Shown: piece after piece, positions 56,261-64,000 of the stretch | Position numbering within the stretch: position 1 is the stretch's first letter | Layout of the letters: every line of letters starts with the position of its first letter | Assembly (NCBI GenBank): GCA_963693365.1 | Contig: CAVNZM010000009.1 | Location: 4,413,146 to 4,477,145 of the forward strand | Direction of reading: 5' to 3' | From: Amoebidium appalachense | Taxonomy: Eukaryota > Protista > Ichthyosporea | Length of the DNA: 64,000 nucleotides | Program-made: the position numbers and the translations under genes | Notes under the pieces: model-generated | Databases searched by the model: none | Seen by the model: only the letters and a program-made list of their open reading frames with translations | What the model was told of the DNA's origin: nothing

Positions 56261-57461
56261 CTACAGACGAGTTGCCGAGAATGTATGGTTGAGGAGTGTT
56301 GGTTGTTTTGAGGGCAAAACACTGTGCAGGCACACAGCGCTACATTGCAGAACATTGGTAGCATACAGTACACGGTGTTAGCATAATGAAAATGCGAGTG
56401 TTGCAGACATGTGAAAATGATTTTAGCATGGGGAAGATGGGAATTTGTGTGTGGGCGGAAGGAAGGGTGCACGCACACGAGTACTACACTACAAACACAT
56501 TTGTATCATAGTGGAGATGGGAGTAGTTTTGTGTGGGGGATGTTAAGGGCAGAACACTGCAAGCACACTTTATGTACAGCACAAGAGCTTTGTTTTCGAC
56601 AGAACGTTTAGGATCTCAAAGAAGGGATTGGTTTTGTGTGGTGGTGAAGGGAGAAAAACGTATGACATGTTAACTGTTGCGTTGCTACGACACGTGCCTT
56701 ACCATAATGTGAAACTTTGGCATATGTAAATTGGCTGAAAATGCGTACAACAATATGCATATATGTTGAGTCAAGGCTTGCATGGGCATGCTGTGGGGCA
56801 TAATAAACTATTGTCACACACCGCGAAAAACAACGCCATTATTGCTGGGTCACACACCAAAACAACGCCATTATTGTTGGGTCGCACACAAAATTACGTG
56901 TAAAACAGCACGGAAAGAACAAGTCTCTAAGAGAACTTCGCACAAACGTAAATATGCCACCACGGCAGTGTGATTTGGTTTAAGGGTGTGTGGGGATGCG
57001 CTGTTGAAGCAGGAAGAATTATGGGGAAGAAGCTGGTGTTAGCGAAACTCTCAAGACGGGGGGATTTTGGGGGGGGGGAACTAGTCTCTCGAATATTAAG
57101 GTGAGGTGGCAAGTCTAGTGTGAAAAGAACTGGGTTACGGGGGAAGTTCGAGAAGGAATGTTGACGGTAGCCTGGTAAAAGTGTGGGAAGTGTGGGTGGG
57201 TACATATGAATTGGTTGCAGTGTGTTTATCAGGGAGTTGGGAAGCTGGGAATCATCTGGTGTGGTAGTAACACCCGCAAGAATTGTGCTTTGTGTGTATA
57301 GTTTATGCTTGATGAAACAATGAGGAGGAAAAAAGTGACGAGGGGAAAAAAAAGTGACCGTTACCTTCAATCAAGATTGGTCCTATTTATGATAATTTCC
57401 GGTTTTTTTTAATCGTTGCCAGTTCGTTCTTTTTAATAATATCTCTCTCTCTCTCTTTTTT

Positions 57462-57505
<44 letters not shown>

Positions 57506-57841
57506 TTTTTTTTTTTTTGGACTCTAGCCCCTAACAAGGGCGTTTTGGTGTTCTTCGTGATGGAGCCTTTTGAGCCCAAGCAACCTTGTCCTCTATGCCT
57601 TCTTGGATTAGTCTCTTTCTTTATTGACTTCAGGCGGTGCTCTGTGTATTAACAGTGTGTGTGTGTGTGTTTGTGTGTGTTCGTGTGTGCCGTGTGGGGG
57701 GGGTAAACGACGTTGCCAGTGTGTGGCGTGTGTGCGTGCGCGCGGGTGCGTGTTCCACTGTTTATCCGACTGTTTTTCTTTTTGTGTGTGTGTGTGTGGT
57801 GTTTTTTTTTTTGTGGGTGGTTTGTGGGTGGTTTGTGGGGT

Positions 57842-57902
<61 letters not shown>

Positions 57903-57940
57903 GGGGGGGGGGGGGGGGGGAGAAATATACTTACCAGCTA

Positions 57941-58045
57941 GTGGACTATATTATTTTCTGATTAGTGCTTTGCAGGGACGATGTTGGAGTAGCCTGAATC
58001 CACTTACCTTAAGAGGGCTAAGCTGTCCGTCCCTAGCCGTCCGTC
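57941..58045 (+). repeat. Dispersed ~100-bp repeat (second copy ~63877-63985)
   Basis: GTGGACTATATTRTTTTCTGATTRGTGCYTTGCAGGGACGATG shared by both, plus CCACTT and CTGRTGGTGGG blocks. Confidence 0.75.
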
Positions 58046-58064
58046 CCTTCTGGTGGTGGGTCCT

Positions 58065-58109
<45 letters not shown>

Positions 58110-59568
58110 ACAACCCAACCCACCTCCCTCCTTTCCTCCCCCCCTCCCCCCCCCCCCCCCCCCTTTCTTCCCGTTTAAAAAAAAAAAAAAAAAAAAATTA
58201 AGCAGCACACTTGCACACATGCATGCACGCGTAGGCGAGCACATAAACGCACACGCAAACGCACATGCACACATACACACACGCAATCTTTGGATATACA
58301 CACTCATCGGAATAGTTATGCTACCAGACGGAATGCGGTTCTTGGAATTCATTCTGTTTTTGTGCACTTCTGACTTTCCTTTTTGCATGTACCTCACCTA
58401 CACGTCTGGGAGGGTACCTGGGATGCTACCTGAACAAGGCAAGTGTGCATTTCCCCTATTTTTTTCGTGTCACTGTTAGGTTTTGGTGCCATATCGGTTT
58501 GGAAGGTTTTTTATGGCCTATATATATATATGGTTCATTGATGTTAATTTTTGGTTTATTTTAATATATTTATGGTTATTTTTGGTTTATTTTATTTAAA
58601 ATCATTTTATTTTTATTTGATTTCTTTGGTTTATTTTATTTATATATGGTTATTTTATTTTTATTTTTTTATAATCATTCTTTTTATTTTTATTTGATTT
58701 CTTTGTTTATTATTATTTTTCAAAGTTTTAATTTTATTTTATTGTTTTATTTTATTTTTTGGTGTTTTTTTTTTTGGGGGGGGGGGGGTTGCTAACACCA
58801 CCACAGGTCACCGAAGGCTCCTGTTTGCTTTTTGTGTGTTGTTTCTCTTGTCCCTGCTTTCTACAAATCGTGATCCTGCATTTCACTACAAGTGCATCTC
58901 GGCTTCCGAGTAGCGTCCCTCCCACCTTCATTGAATCGCGTGCCTGCAACACTCATGTTTCACCTCCCGTTTTTCGAGTATTTTTGTCTGCTTCCTCGCG
59001 GCCCTGCTGCAACATCTGGCGAATTCTGCATGTCGTGGAGAGAGTGTGATTCATCTGCTCTCAAATTGTGCTTTCTGCTTGGTTATGCGACAACATTCGT
59101 TTGAAAGGTGCCCTTCATGTCGGTTCGTGTGGTATGCTCGTGTCTTCATGATGTGTGTCTGGGAAGTGGATGTGTGCTCATGATGAAAAGAATTTGTCGA
59201 ACGGATGGATACGAGTGAAGTGTCTTGAAAGGAGGAGACAATGCTTTTATGGAGAAGGGTTATTATATACCAAAGGTGAATGGTCAATTGGGCTGGAGAA
59301 ATATTTTGATGTTAGGATATTATGAAAAATGACCGGTTACTAGAAGAGGATTGATTTGTTCTTGCACAGGTTTTGTTAGTTTCGTGTTTATTATAGGATG
59401 TGTTTTTTCTCGGCTGTAAAATGAGCAGATGTGGGTGCGGGTAGGAGTGTATGTTGTGCTATGTGCCGTGATTGAGCGGGTGCTTGCGGAGTTGCGGCGG
59501 TGTGAGCGTGAGTACTGTTTTCTTGCTTTTTCTCTCCCTCCCCCCTCCCTCCCTGTCTCACTCTTTTC

Positions 59569-59634
<66 letters not shown>

Positions 59635-60230
59635 TGTTTGTGCATGTGTGTGTGTGCTTGAGCGTTTTGGGTGCCTTATAAGCATATCCGCCCACTCCCC
59701 GTGTTTTTTTCAAAAAAAAAAAAAAAAAAGGTAAAAAAAAAAAAAAGAAAGAAAAAAGAAAAGAAAAAAAAAGAAACAAAGAAAAAAATAAAATAAAAGG
59801 AAAAATAAATAAAATAACAAGAAAAAAAAGAAAAAAGAAAAAAACAAAATAAAAAAGTCAAATGGGAGTTTAGATTTTCCATAATAATAGTGTCCTGGCT
59901 TGACTTTCGACTTCTTCTTTTCGGTTCCCCGCATCGTTTCATACGAAATAGCATGTGGTGAAAAGACGACAATCGGGTTGTGAGACATTGTCGGTGAGAG
60001 GGAGAATTGGTATCGGTTTTGGGTTTTCCGAGGAAGAGCTTGCAAAAATGTCCGAAAGCCGTGATTTTACGCCGTAATTTTACGGGTTTGTTCGGTATCT
60101 GTTTTGGGTTTTCCGATTAAGAGCGTGCAAAAATGTCCCAAAGCCGTGATTTTACGGATTCGATATCACTTTCCGGTCTGCTGGAGACCTCACTATCAAG
60201 GTATGCCCTAGCCCTCCTCTCAGTTCTTTT

Positions 60231-60266
<36 letters not shown>

Positions 60267-61023
60267 TCGCGGCCCTTCCCCCCCCCCCCCCCCCCCCCCC
60301 CCCCCGGCCCTTCCCCCCTCTTCCACCTTAAAAGTTTAATGTGCATTCCCCCTCCCCCCCCCCCCCCCCCCCCCCCACCTCCCCTTTCTTCTCATCCTCC
60401 CTCCGCTCTTCTTGATCCACCCACCCCTCCCTGGGTTTGTTTGATCCCTCCCCCTCATCATCTATCTGTCCCTCTTCCCATGCTCTTTATAGGCTTTGTA
60501 CTCTGTTAAGTATTCTCACCTACATCCCCACCCACCCACACACAGGCCATGGATACTTCTGGACCTTTCTGGACTGCCAACACGTGGCACCACCCGCATG
60601 CACCAACCCTCCGCCCTGCCTGCTGCTGCTCTCAGCCCTCCACCTGCCCACCACTGCCTCCCTCCTGCCGCTACCACCACACACACCAACACGGGAACAA
60701 AGCATCGAAACACGACACAACACAACACAACACACACACCCACACAGACATGCATGCACCCATGCCTGCGCGCATCCACACATACCCATGCAAGCACGCA
60801 TGCATGCACATGCACACACACACACACATTCGCACACACGTACACACACTCGCGCACACGTACACACACTCGCACACACCACACGCACGCACGCACCCGC
60901 GCGCACGCGCACATGCGCGCGCGCGACACCACGCACGCACGCACACGACACACAAACAAGCACACACACAAACATCAACGAACACACACACACACACGCA
61001 CACGCACACGCACACATACAAAC

Positions 61024-61056
<33 letters not shown>

Positions 61057-61676
61057 ACACACACACAAAGACACACACACACGGCAGCATCGACAACGTG
61101 CAAATGCCCGGCAAGTCGTCTCGATACACACCAAGGTGCGTGCCAGCATCAACACAAGACCTCTCTCCCTCCCTTGCCCATCAACATGGAAACCAAGCCT
61201 GGGCCCGACTCGACTCGATTCCACCTGGCCCGGCCCATTTATGCTGAGTTGAGCCTGTAATTGTTTTGACCCGACCTGACCCGACCCTGCCAACCGACCG
61301 GATGCTGTGTGCTGGCTCTGACCCGTAGCCGTGATCTCCACCGGACTGCCACTGGTCTTCTCGATTGGTTGTAATGCGGCACTGTAAAAGGTATACCCTC
61401 CCCCCCCCCCCCCCCTCCCCCTCCTGTTCCCCCAACATACCCACACACACACACACGCACACAAATATTTTTCCTCTTTCTCCTCTACCTCTCCTGCTCT
61501 CCAAACATGCACACACACCTGCTCTCCAAACATACATACACACACGCGCGCGCATACACACACACACACTCTCTCTCTTTCTCTCTCTTTCGTCTCTCTC
61601 ACACACGCACACAAAATTATTTCCTTTCTCTCCTCTACCTCTCTTGCTCTCTAAACATACACACACACCTGCTCTC

Positions 61677-61713
<37 letters not shown>

Positions 61714-63157
61714 ACACACACACTCTCTCTCTTTCTCTCTCTTTCGTCTCTCTCCTCCCATTCTCTGACACACACACACACGCACACACCCACACCCACA
61801 CCCACACACACACACACACAAACACATACACACACACATTCACTCACACACGTACCAGCGGCTGGCGGTAAGTATCTCTCTTTCTCTATCTCCCTTCTGG
61901 TGGATTCTGATTGGGTGGTTTGCAGGTGTGGAGATCGGCACGACACTTAGCACTAACTATATGTTGCTACAATATCATACATATGTTTACGCGTGGCTGT
62001 TCCCTTTCGCAAGACACCAACAAGCCACAGCCCACCACCTTTCCAGCCCCACCCACCATGTAGCTACTCTCAAGTTACTACCACGACATGCCCCAGCACC
62101 TAGCCACCTTGCAATCACCACCACCCCAAGTACGACACATAAAGACACAGTCAAGAGTACTGCTTCCTTACTGCACATGTCTTTGCAACACCGACACCAC
62201 CAAATCGACTACAAACCTTTTTATATACACACCTTACTAAACCAACACCACCAACCAAAACACCAAAACTCACCAACCAAAACACCAAAACTCACCAACC
62301 AAAACACCAAAACTAACACCACCAACCAAAACACACGAAACTATCAACCACCAACCAAAACACACGAAACTACCAACCAAAATGACACGAGAATGTGTAG
62401 CTTTTGTCTGTTTTGCGCTTCATTTCTTTGTTCCACTGCCTCTTTTTCTTTGTCTTTTTGTGTTGTGTTGTCCTCTCGTTTCTACTTTTGTTGGTCCTCG
62501 TGTGTACATGCTTCTGTTTTAACTTTGTTGCGTGCCTTTTACTAATATCTACTTGGGTGCTTTTGAATCTTCTTATTCTTATGATGTTGCCTGTCTGGTT
62601 GTTCGGTCACATTGCTTTGCGTGCCTGCCATTTCTGTCTCGTTGATCCCTTCTGTTTCTACCTTTGTTGGGTGTCTACTTTTTGTTTTTGCCTACCTTTG
62701 TTTGGTGTCTACTTTTTGTTGTTGCTTCACCTGCACCTCTTCATTTTATGTTGTGTGTGTTCGGCTGTTTCTGTGATGAAGTCATAATGTGATTGTGTTG
62801 TGTGGTGCTGTGCTGTGTGTGTTTCTTCCGTGCTGTGCCACTTTTTGTGCTACCTCTCCATCTAACACCCCCCACCACTATGCTAGCATTGCCCCAACGT
62901 TGCTCTGTTAGCACTTGTGTGCTTTCAGTGTGCTCCGTGTGGCCTCTTGCAGCGCGCAGTACCGTGTGCAGTGTGCACCGAGTACCTGTGGGCGTGCAGT
63001 ACCTCTTGCACGTGTGCGTAAAGTACATGCGGCCCTTTTGATTGGCTGGTGCTTGTGCGTCCCCGCCGTCGTTGCGTGCGGGGTAGCTTTCCACCCACCA
63101 AAGGAAACCGTCTGCTGTAGGCTGCAAAGTGCTTCTTAGCACTTAGGCTACATCAGC

Positions 63158-63203
<46 letters not shown>

Positions 63204-63328
63204 ACCCACCCCACCCTTCTTTCCTGGCCCCGCCCTGCCCCGTCTCAAGGGCCCCATTATACCTGTAAATAAAGTAAGCACACGTGAGCTCGAATTTTGA
63301 TCTCGTTCTCACGAGCAGTCCTCCCCCT

Positions 63329-63380
<52 letters not shown>

Positions 63381-63588
63381 ACACACACACCCACCTTCCC
63401 CTCCCTCCACCCCAACGCATCCCTCCCCCGTACCTTTCCCCCATTCTTCCTTCCTCCATCCCTTTCCTCTTCATGCCTTTGAGGTTGTTTTGCAGTGCCG
63501 TTCCTCACCGCCCGCCTTAACCATCCCCCCCCCCCCCCCTCCCCCTCCCTCCCCGTCCCGTCCTCCCAAAACCACCCCACTCCCCCCT

Positions 63589-63619
<31 letters not shown>

Positions 63620-63646
63620 TGCGCCCTGCCCCCTTCCCCCCCTATT

Positions 63647-63677
<31 letters not shown>

Positions 63678-64000
63678 CCCGCAACAAAGAAAACGCCTCC
63701 TCACCCATCTTTGCCTCTCCCTTTTTCCAATTTTTGTGGTTACTGTGCGCTGTAAATGAGTAGGTGCAAGTCTTGGTTAAATTTACAGCGCAAAAATTGG
63801 AAAGTGTGTGTGGCCGTATGGTAGGTTACGGTGTGTGAGGGAGACATGGCAGCGTCTGTCTGTGTGGTGTTTGGTGGTGGACTATATTGTTTTCTGATTG
63901 GTGCCTTGCAGGGACGATGCCGGAGTGATCTGCCGCCACTTCAAGACGACCAGCAGTCTCTCCCCTCTGATGGTGGGCACTCCTTTCTCCCCCCTTGCCC

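Noticed and set aside
57926-57937. U1 snRNA 5' end (ATACTTACC)
   Set aside because: No following U1 stem-loops or Sm site; just the reverse complement of a splice-donor consensus.

Overview
Eukaryotic genomic DNA, intron-rich and saturated with poly(C)/poly(G), (CA)n and (CT)n tracts. Gene content suggests a unicellular opisthokont/holozoan-like protist (inference only). Most short ORFs in the supplied track are microsatellite artefacts. Mobile DNA: (1) an apparently intact two-ORF APE-type LINE (~913-5608); (2) a recent composite LTR element (10718-15560, 5-bp TSD GTGGG) in which the 246-bp LTRs of a miniature retrotransposon (TRIM) enclose a Ty3/Gypsy gag-PR-RT fragment, itself interrupted by a complete inverted 569-bp TRIM (TSD CTTGC); (3) several non-autonomous TIR elements (a hAT MITE, a PIF/Harbinger-group element). 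Host genes: a PH + TNFAIP8/TIPE-domain gene, a PHO80/Pcl-type cyclin, MTHFS and SPCS1, the last two head-to-head and sharing a structured, sense-oriented intronic repeat family. The most notable item is the TRIM/Gypsy chimera, whose junctions read like a record of co-packaging and template switching and may identify the TRIM's helper element. All alignments were done by eye; no database searches were run.
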